Source: Bradymonadia bacterium
GTDB taxonomy: Bacteria > Myxococcota_A > Bradymonadia > UBA7976 > UBA1532
Length of the DNA stretch: 64,000 nucleotides
Direction of reading: 5' to 3'
NCBI GenBank assembly: GCA_046290225.1
Contig: JBKAGE010000075.1
Coordinates: 1 to 64,000, forward strand
Part shown: positions 1 through 9,336 of the stretch, one piece after another
Position numbering within the stretch: position 1 is the stretch's first letter
Layout: each line of letters starts with the position of its first letter
Translations under genes and position numbers: made by a program
Notes under the pieces: generated by a model
Told to the model about the DNA's origin: nothing
What the model saw: only the letters and a program-made list of their open reading frames with translations
Database searches by the model: none

Positions 1-1
1 C

Positions 2-136
2 GGTGCAAACGTCGTCATCCGCAACAGTGGCGCCCCCAACACCCCCCGTAACATCGGCAACCGTCACGGCCAGGTCACCATCGGTGACGGCGTCGACATC
101 GACGAGGATGTTGCTGACTTCGCCAACATCCAGTAG
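2..136 (+). CDS. 3' end of a CDS entering from the left edge (hypothetical)
   Basis: Frame 2 is open from the window edge (GANVVIRNSGAPNTPRNIGNRHGQVTIGDGVDIDEDVADFANIQ) to TAG at 134-136, with the C-ending codon bias of the real genes. Confidence 0.55.
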   Translation, partial: GANVVIRNSGAPNTPRNIGNRHGQVTIGDGVDIDEDVADFANIQ

Positions 137-219
137 TTGAGTGCGAGGCGCTCGGGACTGTTCGAGCGCCGCCCACACATCTCACTGATCGTCCTGCCTT
201 GACCCAATCTCAACCCACC

Positions 220-1194
220 ATGCTGGCCAATCGTTTGCGTAAGAACCGCAAGCGCCTCAAGGCCTGGCTTCGTCGTACAGGTGTCTCGTGCTATCGCGTC
301 TATGATCGCGATATCCCAGAGATCCCTCTGGCCATTGACTGGTACGAGGGGCGTTTGCACATCGCTGAGTATGCGCGTCATCACACACGGACACCTCAAG
401 AGCAGGGTCAGTGGCTCGATGGACTCGTCGAAGCTGCTGCAGAGGTCTTCGCTGTGAGCGCAGATCTCATCTGGCTCAAACAACGATCCCCTCAGAAGGG
501 GTTGTCACAGTACGAGCGAGTCGACGAAGCAGAAGCCTGGGCTGTGGTGGAAGAGGGTGGCCTGAAGTTCAAGGTCAACCTCAGCGACTACCTCGACACG
601 GGTCTGTTCCTCGATCATCGGCCGGCAAGAGAGTGGTTTCGTGAGCAGGCTGAAGGCCGTCGTTGCCTCAACCTCTTCGCGTACACCGGGGCGTTCACTG
701 TCTATGCTGCCGATGGGGGGGCACAGTCGACCACCAGTGTCGACTTGTCGCGGAACTATCTGGCATGGGCAGGGGAGAACCTCGAGCTCAACGGCCACAC
801 CGCACGGTGGGGGCAGGGTGGGGTCGAGGGCCATACGCTGGTCAAGGCTGATGTACGGCGCTGGCTCGCGGAGGCGCGTGAGCGCCAGTGGACCTATGAC
901 CTGATCATCGTCGACCCACCGACGTTCTCCAACAGCAAACAGATGAAGGGGGTCTTCGACGTGCGTCGAGATCACACCGCGCTGCTGGAGGATGCCCTGG
1001 CCTTGTTGAGCCCCGGCGGGGTGTTGTGGTTCTCCACCAACAGCCGCACCTTCAGCTTGAAGCCGCCGATGTTGGATGGTGACTTCGCCGAGCCTGTCGA
1101 TGTCACTTCGGCATCTCTACCGCCGGACTTTCAGCACACGCGAATTCACCGGTGCTGGCGCTTCGAACGTCACGCTGACAGCGACCGTGACTGA
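220..1194 (+). CDS. Class I SAM-dependent rRNA methyltransferase, RlmK-like (C-terminal half of RlmKL)
   Basis: MLANRLRKN...CYRVYDRDIPE, YLDTGLFLDHR, LNLFAYTG, VDLSRNYL, DPPTFSNSK. ATG at 220; alternative TTG start at 199. Confidence 0.85.
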   Translation: MLANRLRKNRKRLKAWLRRTGVSCYRVYDRDIPEIPLAIDWYEGRLHIAEYARHHTRTPQEQGQWLDGLVEAAAEVFAVSADLIWLKQRSPQKGLSQYERVDEAEAWAVVEEGGLKFKVNLSDYLDTGLFLDHRPAREWFREQAEGRRCLNLFAYTGAFTVYAADGGAQSTTSVDLSRNYLAWAGENLELNGHTARWGQGGVEGHTLVKADVRRWLAEARERQWTYDLIIVDPPTFSNSKQMKGVFDVRRDHTALLEDALALLSPGGVLWFSTNSRTFSLKPPMLDGDFAEPVDVTSASLPPDFQHTRIHRCWRFERHADSDRD

Positions 1195-1380
1195 AAAGCT
1201 GCCGTGCTGGCGACAGCGCTGGCTCTGATGTATCTGTCACACCATCGAACAGGAGGCCGTGACCCCTTGACGGGGGCGCTCTGCCTCGCCATCTTGCGCC
1301 CAATCGCCGGTGCGCACGTGCACGCACGCTGGCCATGGGCACCCATGATGCATCGCCCACTCGATCGATAGGCTCTCCTC

Positions 1381-2898
1381 ATGCTCCGCTTCTGGCCCTC
1401 ACGGCTCAGATCGATGGTTCCGCCCACCTCACTCCTGCTCGGCACACTGGCGGGGGTCGTGGGGTGCCACACCCATCAAATCTCCGATCCGGTGAAGTCT
1501 TCCGAGATCACCATGCCCGAGAAGTTCAACGGGCAGCTCGAGGGCGTCGCTGAGGCGGTCCCGGAGCGATGGTGGGAGGTCTTTGAAGATCCCGAGCTCA
1601 CCGCGCTGATGGATCGCATGCTCTCGGGGAGCCTCTCGCTCAAGCAGGGCTGGGCGCGCCTCGCTCAGGTCGAGGCCCTGGCCAAGCAGGCCGGTGCGGC
1701 CAATCTGCCCACGCTCAGCGTCAATGGCTCCGCGAGCCGCAGCCGCAATGCCAACCCGGTCCTCGGCTCCTTCACCAACAACGCCTACAGCATCAGCGTC
1801 GCTGCGGCCTACGAGGTCGACCTATGGGGTCGCCTGGATGCCCAGGAGAAGGCCGCCACCCTCGATGTGAAGGCCACCCGTCTCGACATCGAGTCCATCG
1901 CCATGACCCTGGCGGCTCAGGTGGCGGAGACGTGGTACAGCCTCGTGGAGCAGCGGGCCCAGCTGACCCTGCTCAAGGCCCAGCTGGAGACCAACGACAC
2001 GTTGCTCGAGCTGGTGGAGGCCCGATTTGGTCAGGGGCTGGCTTCGGCTGTCGATGTGTTTCAGCAGCGGCAGAACGTGCTCAACGTCAAGGCACAGATT
2101 CCGCTCATCGAGGCACAAGTGAAGTTGCTGGAGCATGCACTCTCTCTGCTCGTGGGTGAGGCCCCGGGCAGCAAGGCCCTCGGCACCCGCGGCGAGTTGC
2201 CCGAGGGCCTGCCGCCTGTGCCTGAGATCGGGGTGCCTGCCGATTTGATCACCCGCAGGCCGGACATTCGGTCGGCCCATCTGAGGGTGAAGGCCACAGA
2301 TCATCGTGTGGGGGCAGCCATCGCCAGCCGGTTCCCGTCGCTGAGGCTGAATCCCAGTACGGGCTTCACCGCGTTCAGCGTCGCCGAGCTGCTCGACAAC
2401 TGGATCTACAGCCTCGTGGCCAGCGTCGGGGCCACGGTCTTTGATGGCGGGCGCATCAACGCAGAGGTCGAGCGGCAACGCGCCGCCCTGCAAGAGCAGG
2501 TGGCGAATCTGGCCACTGCCATGCTCACCGCATTGCGCGAGATCGAAGATGCCCTCATTCGGGAAGAGAAGCAGACGGCCTATCTCACCGAGGTGGTGGC
2601 ACAGAACGAGGTGGCGCAGCAGCTGCTCGAAGAGACACAGGCGCGATACACCGAGGGGCTGAGCGACTTCCTCCCGGTGTTGTCTGCGGTACAGGCGCTC
2701 CAGCGGGCCGAGGCGACGCGCCTGAGCGCCCGTCGTCAGCTCATCTCCAATCGCATTCAGCTGTACCGGGCCCTCGGTGGGACCTGGGCTCAGAGTCTCA
2801 AAGCACCCAAGAGTCAGCCAGCGAAGTCGACGGGCAATGCCCCCAAGACCCAACAGTCTGAGGCTCAGCAGCCTAAACCTTCCCGGCAAGAAGGGTAG
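1381..2898 (+). CDS. Efflux outer membrane factor lipoprotein (NodT/OprM type)
   Basis: Lipobox-like VVGC, WWEVFEDPEL, YEVDLWGR, RRPDIRSA, QLYRALGGTW. Start may be ATG 1414. Confidence 0.9.
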   Translation: MLRFWPSRLRSMVPPTSLLLGTLAGVVGCHTHQISDPVKSSEITMPEKFNGQLEGVAEAVPERWWEVFEDPELTALMDRMLSGSLSLKQGWARLAQVEALAKQAGAANLPTLSVNGSASRSRNANPVLGSFTNNAYSISVAAAYEVDLWGRLDAQEKAATLDVKATRLDIESIAMTLAAQVAETWYSLVEQRAQLTLLKAQLETNDTLLELVEARFGQGLASAVDVFQQRQNVLNVKAQIPLIEAQVKLLEHALSLLVGEAPGSKALGTRGELPEGLPPVPEIGVPADLITRRPDIRSAHLRVKATDHRVGAAIASRFPSLRLNPSTGFTAFSVAELLDNWIYSLVASVGATVFDGGRINAEVERQRAALQEQVANLATAMLTALREIEDALIREEKQTAYLTEVVAQNEVAQQLLEETQARYTEGLSDFLPVLSAVQALQRAEATRLSARRQLISNRIQLYRALGGTWAQSLKAPKSQPAKSTGNAPKTQQSEAQQPKPSRQEG

Positions 2899-2902
2899 TT
2901 CC

Positions 2903-4144
2903 ATGGCGTCCAAGCGCACCAATACCGTTCGGCTCTTCCTGCAACTTGCATTGTCCGGCCTGGTCATCTTCACCGCAGGTGGGGTGATGAAGGGCCTCAT
3001 CGCGAGCAAGGAAGAGCCCAAAGAAGAGCCCACGGAGCGTCCAGGGCCTCTGGTGAAAGCCGTGGAGGTCAAGTCGGCGAACCGACCTGTGACTGTCAAG
3101 GCACAAGGCTCGGTGGTCCCGGCGCGCGTGCTCGAGCTGCAGCCCGAGGTGAGCGGTCGGGTCATGGAGCAGCACCCTCGACTGATGCCTGGTGGCATGG
3201 TGCAGGCCGGTGACACGCTCGTGCGCATCGACGATCGCGACTACCGCCTCAACGTCGATCGCCAGAAGTCCATGGTGGAGCGGGCGGCGTATCAGCTTCA
3301 GGTGGAGCAGGGCCGTCAGTCCATCGCCGAGCGGGAGTGGAAGCTGCTCGAGCGACGCGTCAAATCCAAGACTGGCGAGGCGGGCAAGGCCCTCGCCCTG
3401 CGCAAGCCCCAGATCAGAAATGCCCGGGCAGAGCTCTCCGCAGCAAAGAGCGCCGTACGTCAGGCGCGGCTATCCCTCGAGCGCACCACCATCAAAGCCC
3501 CCTTCAACGCCATGGTCCGCGCCGAGGCTGTGGAAGAGGGCCAGGTGGTGAGCCCCGGTCGTCCCATCGCCACTCTGGTGGGCACCGATGTCTTCTGGGT
3601 GCAGGTCTCAGTGCCCGAGAGCGAGCTGCGCTGGATCCCCATGCCCGGCGCTGACGGTGAGGGTGGCGCTGAGGTGAGCATCTATCCCACGGGTCGCGAG
3701 GCCAGGGCCCCTCGAAAGGGTCGGGTCGTGCAGTTGATGGGTGATCTCGACCCTGTAGGCCGTATGGCCAGACTTCTGGTGGAGATCAAGCAGCCCATGG
3801 TGGCCACTGCAGATGGCGCGCCCCCGATTCTGCTCGGTGCCTTCGTCGACGTGGCCATTGAGGGCACCGAAATAGACCAGGTGGTGCCCGTGCCCAGAGT
3901 GGCGGTGCATCCCGGCGACGAGGTGTGGGTGGCCAAGGCCGACAACACCCTCGATATTCGCACAGTGCAGGTGGCCTACCGCAGCCGCGACGAGGTCTTG
4001 ATCAAGAGCGGCCTCGAGAGCGGTGACAAGGTCATCGTCAGCCGCATCGCCGCCCCGGTGGTGGGTATGAAGATTCGGTTGATGCCCTCAGGAGACCCCG
4101 TGGCTCTCAAGGGGCAGGGGGAGGCCCAGGAGGCCACCCAATGA
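2903..4144 (+). CDS. RND efflux periplasmic adaptor (membrane fusion protein)
   Basis: N-terminal TM anchor, PEVSGRV, coiled-coil hairpin, TTIKAPF, GLESGDKVIV. ATG 4 nt after the OMF stop; ATGA overlap with the permease. Confidence 0.9.
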   Translation: MASKRTNTVRLFLQLALSGLVIFTAGGVMKGLIASKEEPKEEPTERPGPLVKAVEVKSANRPVTVKAQGSVVPARVLELQPEVSGRVMEQHPRLMPGGMVQAGDTLVRIDDRDYRLNVDRQKSMVERAAYQLQVEQGRQSIAEREWKLLERRVKSKTGEAGKALALRKPQIRNARAELSAAKSAVRQARLSLERTTIKAPFNAMVRAEAVEEGQVVSPGRPIATLVGTDVFWVQVSVPESELRWIPMPGADGEGGAEVSIYPTGREARAPRKGRVVQLMGDLDPVGRMARLLVEIKQPMVATADGAPPILLGAFVDVAIEGTEIDQVVPVPRVAVHPGDEVWVAKADNTLDIRTVQVAYRSRDEVLIKSGLESGDKVIVSRIAAPVVGMKIRLMPSGDPVALKGQGEAQEATQ

Positions 4145-7100
4145 GCGACAGCAGCGGAAAGCCCGTCAGCCTCTCCAAGCTCAAGCAGAACGGTACTGTG
4201 GCCTGGATGGCCAAGAACTCCGTCGCCTCGAATGTGCTCATGGCCATTCTACTCGTCGGCGGGGCCATCATGGCCACCACGATCCAGCAAGAGGTCTTCC
4301 CCGAGGTCGAGACCGACAAGATCGTCGTCGACGTGCCGTACCCCGGCGCCAGTCCCGCCGAGGTGGAGCAGGGCATCGCCCTGGTGGTGGAGGAGTCGAT
4401 CCGTGGCGTAGATGGCGTCAAGCGGGTGATCAGCCAGTCCAACGAGGGCATGGGCAACGTCACCGCGGAGCTGCTCGAGGGATCCGATACTGATCGAGCC
4501 CTCTCCGACATCAAGGGCGCCGTCGACCGCATCGTCACGTTCCCCAGAGACGCCGAGCAGCCACAGGTCTACGCTGTGATCAGCCGCCGCCAGGTGGTCA
4601 GCCTGATCTTGTATGGCCAGGCCTCCGAGGAGGTGCTCCGACAGACAGCCGAGCGTATCCGAGAAGAGCTGCTCCGGTTGAAGGACATCACCCTCGTGGA
4701 GCTCTCCGGGGTGAAGTCCCGAGAGATCGGCATTGAGGTGCCCCAGGAGAACCTGCGGGCCTACGGCCTCACCCTGGAGCAGGTCTCCCAGGCTGTACAG
4801 CAAGCCTCGGTGGAGCTGCCAGGCGGCTCTCTCAAGACCGAAGCAGGGGAATTCCTGATCCGGACCACCGAGCGGCGAGATCTCGGCAGGGAGTTCGCCG
4901 ACATCATCGTGCTGAGTCGTCCCGACGGCACCCAGGTCCGTCTGGGCAACGTGGCCATCGTCAAAGACGGCTTTGCCGAGACCGATCAGGAATCCACCTT
5001 CGACGGCAACCCCGCTGTGCGCATCGACGTCTACCGCGTGGGTGATCAGACCCCCATCGAGGTCTCCGACGCTGTAAAGGGCTACATCGCTCAGACCAGC
5101 AAGAGCCTGCCTCCGGGTCTCGCCATGGCCACCTGGGACGACCAGTCTGAGATCTTCGCTGATCGCATCGATCTGCTCACCCGAAACGCCAAGCTCGGGC
5201 TGCTGCTCGTCTTCGTGGTTCTGGGGCTGTTCCTGGAGATTCGGCTGGCCTTCTGGGTGATGTTGGGCATCCCCATCAGCTTCCTCGGGGCCTTTCTGCT
5301 CATGCCCCTCTTCGGGGTGAGCATCAACATGATCTCCCTGTTCGCTTTCATCGTGGTGCTCGGCATCGTGGTGGACGACGCCATCGTGGTGGGGGAGAAC
5401 GTCTACGAGATGCGCAACCGGGGCATGAAGCCCATGGAGGCCGCCATCGAGGGGGCCAAACGGGTGTCCATGCCCGTGGTCTTCGCCGTGTTGACCACCG
5501 TGGCAGCCTTTGCTCCGATGCTCTTCGTGCCCGGCTTCATGGGCAAGCTGTTCTGGGTGGTGCCTTCGGTGGTGATCCCCGTGCTCATCTTGAGCCTTGT
5601 GGAGTCGCTGTACGTGCTCCCGGCCCACCTGGCCCACCTCAAGAAGGAGCCCGGCCGCGTCTTCAAGGTCATCAACCGATACCAGGGCAAGATCTCCGGT
5701 GCCTTGGAGTGGTTCATTCACAGACTCTATCGCCCCGTGGTGAGGACTGCGGTGCGCTGGCGTTACCTCACCATCGCTACGGCCTTCGGCATGATGATGC
5801 TCACCGTGGGCTTCATCCAGGGTGGCTTCGTCAAGTTCGTGTTCTTCCCTTCAGTGGAGTCGGAGATCGTCTGGGTCGACGCCAAGCTGCCTGTGGGGGC
5901 CAACATCGAAGAGACCAAGAAGCTGCGGGATCGGCTCACTGAAGCCCTCATCAAGGTCCTCGAAGACAAGGGCGGGCGAGACACGCTCTCACGGGGCATC
6001 TATTCCACCGCGGGCTCGGCGGTGGCGGGCATGGGCCCCACGGGCCCCATGGTGGCCATCGGCTCTCACATGTCGAACGTCACCATCTTCATGGTGCCCT
6101 CGGACGATCGGAAGCTGAGCGCCCAGCAGCTCGCAGCCGCATGGCGAGAGACCCTCGGCGAGGTGCCGGGCATCGACACGCTCAAGTTCACCTACAGCCT
6201 CGCGCCGGGCTCTGGCGCTGCCATCGATGTCGAGCTGTCTCACCGCGATGTCGAGACTCTGGAACGAGCGGCTGCCATGCTCGCCGAGCGCTTGCGCCGG
6301 TTCAGCGGGGTCACCGACATCGACTCGGGTTTCTCCAACGGCAAGAGCCAGATCGACATCGAACTGAAGCCCGAGGGCCGGGCGCTGGGCATCACCGAGG
6401 CCTACCTCGCCCGCCAACTGCGCAGCGCCTTCTATGGTGCTGAGGCCTTGAGGCAGCAGCGAGGCCGAGACGAGGTGCGGGTCATGGTGCGACTGCCCAA
6501 GCACGATCGCGTGAGTCTTGCAGGCCTTGAGTCCCTCATCATCCGCACGCCCGCTGGTGGCGAGGTGCCTCTGGGCCAGGCGGCCACCCTCAAGCTGGGG
6601 AAGGCCTACACACGGATCAAACGCGTAGATGGTCGACGGGCCCTCAACGTCACCGCCGAAGTGGAAGAGGGCAAGGCCAACGCCAACGAGATCGTCGCCA
6701 AGGTGAAGGCCACGATTCTGCCTGAGCTCGTGGAGGAGGTCCCGGGGCTCACCTACGGGTTCGAGGGCCAGCAGCGTGAGCAGGCGGAGTCGGGCAAGAG
6801 CCTCGCCATCGGCTTCATGGGTGCCCTCATCGCCATCTGGGCCTTGCTCGCTGTACCCCTGCGGCGATACACGCAGCCCTTCGTCATCATGTCGGTCATC
6901 CCCTTCGGCTTCATCGGCGCGGTCATCGGCCACGCCGTGCTCGGCTACAACCTGAGCATGATCAGTATCATGGGTGTCATCGCCCTCGCGGGGGTGGTGG
7001 TGAACGATTCGCTGGTGCTCGTGGTGGCGGTCAACGAGATGAGAGACGAAGGGGTCAAAGCCTTCGATGCCGCCGTGGCCGGTGGTGTACGGCGGTTCAG

Positions 7101-7401
7101 GCCGATTCTCCTCACCTCGCTGACCACCTTTTTCGGCTTGATGCCGATGATCTTCGAGACCTCGATGCAGGCGAAGTTCTTGATCCCCATGGCTGTGAGC
7201 TTGGGTTTCGGCGTGCTCTTCGCCACCTTCATCGTGCTGCTGCTGGTGCCCTCGCTCTACATGATATTCGAAGACATTTACTCTGTGATACGGTGGCTAC
7301 GGGGCAAACAAGACTCGGTCATTGATCATGATTTCGACACCAGTCACACCACAGAAGAGCCCGCCAAAACCAGTGAGGTCCTCAGCCACCCCATCGGGTA
7401 A
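4141..7401 (+). CDS. RND efflux permease (AcrB/AcrD/AcrF family)
   Basis: 1086 aa; YPGASPAEVE, GIVVDDAIVVGEN, GVVVNDSLV, RRFRPILLTSLTT; two large periplasmic loops. Confidence 0.95.
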   Translation: MSDSSGKPVSLSKLKQNGTVAWMAKNSVASNVLMAILLVGGAIMATTIQQEVFPEVETDKIVVDVPYPGASPAEVEQGIALVVEESIRGVDGVKRVISQSNEGMGNVTAELLEGSDTDRALSDIKGAVDRIVTFPRDAEQPQVYAVISRRQVVSLILYGQASEEVLRQTAERIREELLRLKDITLVELSGVKSREIGIEVPQENLRAYGLTLEQVSQAVQQASVELPGGSLKTEAGEFLIRTTERRDLGREFADIIVLSRPDGTQVRLGNVAIVKDGFAETDQESTFDGNPAVRIDVYRVGDQTPIEVSDAVKGYIAQTSKSLPPGLAMATWDDQSEIFADRIDLLTRNAKLGLLLVFVVLGLFLEIRLAFWVMLGIPISFLGAFLLMPLFGVSINMISLFAFIVVLGIVVDDAIVVGENVYEMRNRGMKPMEAAIEGAKRVSMPVVFAVLTTVAAFAPMLFVPGFMGKLFWVVPSVVIPVLILSLVESLYVLPAHLAHLKKEPGRVFKVINRYQGKISGALEWFIHRLYRPVVRTAVRWRYLTIATAFGMMMLTVGFIQGGFVKFVFFPSVESEIVWVDAKLPVGANIEETKKLRDRLTEALIKVLEDKGGRDTLSRGIYSTAGSAVAGMGPTGPMVAIGSHMSNVTIFMVPSDDRKLSAQQLAAAWRETLGEVPGIDTLKFTYSLAPGSGAAIDVELSHRDVETLERAAAMLAERLRRFSGVTDIDSGFSNGKSQIDIELKPEGRALGITEAYLARQLRSAFYGAEALRQQRGRDEVRVMVRLPKHDRVSLAGLESLIIRTPAGGEVPLGQAATLKLGKAYTRIKRVDGRRALNVTAEVEEGKANANEIVAKVKATILPELVEEVPGLTYGFEGQQREQAESGKSLAIGFMGALIAIWALLAVPLRRYTQPFVIMSVIPFGFIGAVIGHAVLGYNLSMISIMGVIALAGVVVNDSLVLVVAVNEMRDEGVKAFDAAVAGGVRRFRPILLTSLTTFFGLMPMIFETSMQAKFLIPMAVSLGFGVLFATFIVLLLVPSLYMIFEDIYSVIRWLRGKQDSVIDHDFDTSHTTEEPAKTSEVLSHPIG

Positions 7402-8094
7402 GTGGTCATGATCCTCCTCGGCCAGATTCTGCTCTGGAGCCACATCGTCTTCGGCGGCCTGGCGCTGCTCATCTTCATGGTGCCTTTGCTCACCAAGAAG
7501 GGGGGCAAGCGTCACAAGCAGACAGGGAAGATCTACACCTTGTCGATGATGCTGGCCGCCATCACTGCCTGGACCGCCATCATCCTGCGCCTCGCCACTG
7601 GTCGATACGACGAAGCCGTGAGCCTGAGCTTCCTCGCTCTGGTGGGACTGTTGGCCTTTGAGAACGTCTTCTACGGTGTGCGCGTGCTCAAACAGAAGCG
7701 CCGAACGGGCCCGCACACAGGCAGCCTCGAGTACGTCATCTCGGGCATCACCGCTCTCGCTGGTGTCGCCGGCCTTGCCTATGGGCTCTATGGCAAGGTG
7801 CAGATTCTCTTCGTGGTCTTTGGTGCGCTCACAGTCAATGTGTGCATCGAGCACGTGAACGAGATGCGCAAGCCGCCCAAGAGCAAGTGGTTTTGGTGGT
7901 ACGCCCACATGGGCAACATGATCACTGCCTGTGTGGCCACTGTGACGGCATTTTTGGTGACGAACATCACCACCAGTCTTGGGGGCAATGCTTGGATGGT
8001 CTGGTTGGCTCCAACGGCCATCGGGGTGCCCGGCATGATCATCTGGACGCGGAAGGAGCGTGAGCGGCTTGAGAGGGCTGCTGTTCGCTCTTGA
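7402..8094 (+). CDS. Multi-pass membrane protein (DUF2306-like)
   Basis: About six hydrophobic segments; His motifs SHIVFG, KKGGKRHKQTGKIY and WWYAHMGNM; abuts the RND stop. Confidence 0.7.
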   Translation: MVMILLGQILLWSHIVFGGLALLIFMVPLLTKKGGKRHKQTGKIYTLSMMLAAITAWTAIILRLATGRYDEAVSLSFLALVGLLAFENVFYGVRVLKQKRRTGPHTGSLEYVISGITALAGVAGLAYGLYGKVQILFVVFGALTVNVCIEHVNEMRKPPKSKWFWWYAHMGNMITACVATVTAFLVTNITTSLGGNAWMVWLAPTAIGVPGMIIWTRKERERLERAAVRS

Positions 8095-8103
8095 GTCTTG
8101 GGG

Positions 8104-8211
8104 GTTGTTGGTAGACTCGCTTCGCTCGCAAGAGAGTTTGTCGGGCACGGGCACGGGCACGGGCACGGGCACGAGTTGATACATATGTGGACCCGTGGCC
8201 CTGCATGACTC
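8104..8211 (+). repeat. GGGCAC extragenic element, copy 1 (left arm of long inverted repeat)
   Basis: GTTGTTGGTAGACTCGCTTCGCTCGCAAGAGAGTTTGTC-(GGGCAC)5 at 8143-8172-GAGTTGATACATATGTGGACCCGTGGCCCTGCATGACTC. Confidence 0.95.
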
Positions 8212-8353
8212 CGCTTGTGGGTGTGTGATGGTGGAGGCTTTACTCGGCCCCATATGTCTCTCATTGGAGGTTTTGGCCTCCATACACCCCAAAACCTGAA
8301 CTCTCAGGTCGCTCCGAAACACATCATCTCAGCTCAATGACAGCCTTCGTCCT

Positions 8354-8458
8354 GAGTCATGCAGGGCCACAGGTCCACGCCCGAGTCAACTCGTGCCCGT
8401 GCCCGTGCCCGTGCCCGTGCCCGACAAACTCTCTTGCGAGCGAAGCGAGTCCAACAAC
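8354..8458 (-). repeat. GGGCAC extragenic element, copy 2 (right arm, inverted)
   Basis: Reverse complement reads GTTGTTGGACTCGCTTCGCTCGCAAGAGAGTTTGTC-(GGGCAC)5-GAGTTGACTCGGGCGTGGACCTGTGGCCCTGCATGACTC. Confidence 0.95.
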
Positions 8459-8575
8459 GCCTCACCCTCAAAGACGACAGCCCCGCCCTGCCACGGAACT
8501 CATCGAAGAGCACCACGGTGTGATATATCTTCCGCCAGATCTCGAAGCTGATCATCAACCGCTCAGGAGCCTGCT

Positions 8576-9325
8576 GTGCACACCCTCGTATTGATCCGCC
8601 ATGGTCAGAGTCAGTGGAACAAGGAGAACCGTTTCACCGGCTGGAAAGACGTCGATCTCACGGAGCAGGGGGCCGCCGAGGCCCGAAAGGCCGGTGAGCT
8701 GATCAAGGCCGAGGGGCTGAAGTTCGACATGGTCTACACCTCGCTGCTCAAGCGGGCGATCCGCACCATGTGGCACGTGCTCGACGTCACCGATCAGATG
8801 TGGCTGCCCGTGGAGCGCTCATGGCGTTTGAACGAGCGTCACTACGGCGCGCTGCAGGGCCTGAACAAGGCCGAGACCGCAGCGAAGCACGGCGACGAAC
8901 AGGTGCACATCTGGCGCCGCAGCTACGACACCCCACCGCCGGCCCTTGAGCTCGATGACCCCCGTCACCCGAGCCATGATCCCCGGTATGCCGGACTCAG
9001 CGCCGAAGAGTTGCCGGCGAGCGAGTGCCTCGCCGACAACGTGGCCCGCACCGTGCCCTATTGGGAGAGCACCATTGCCCCCCAGATCAAGGCCGGCAAG
9101 CGAGTGCTCGTCGTGGCCCACGGCAACAGTCTGCGCTCACTGGTGAAGTACCTCGAGGGCATCTCCGACGACGAGATCGTCAGCCTCAACATCCCCACGG
9201 GCGTGCCGCGGGTCTACACCCTCGATGCTGATCTCAAGCCCCTGTCGGTGCGCTACCTCGGTGACGCTGACGAGATCGCAGCGGCCGCTGCAGCCGTCGC
9301 GGCTCAGGGTAAGTCCGGCCACTGA
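8576..9325 (+). CDS. gpmA: 2,3-bisphosphoglycerate-dependent phosphoglycerate mutase
   Basis: [48 protein letters not shown] start after AGGAG. Confidence 0.97.
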   Translation: MHTLVLIRHGQSQWNKENRFTGWKDVDLTEQGAAEARKAGELIKAEGLKFDMVYTSLLKRAIRTMWHVLDVTDQMWLPVERSWRLNERHYGALQGLNKAETAAKHGDEQVHIWRRSYDTPPPALELDDPRHPSHDPRYAGLSAEELPASECLADNVARTVPYWESTIAPQIKAGKRVLVVAHGNSLRSLVKYLEGISDDEIVSLNIPTGVPRVYTLDADLKPLSVRYLGDADEIAAAAAAVAAQGKSGH

Positions 9326-9336
9326 GCCCGCCTGCT

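Noticed and set aside
7788..8594. ORFs with CPCPCP, VPVPVP or ARARAR tracts (also near 20602-21133 and 40628-42104)
   Set aside because: These are translations of the non-coding (GGGCAC)n repeat in various frames; they overlap real genes and lack the genome's codon bias.
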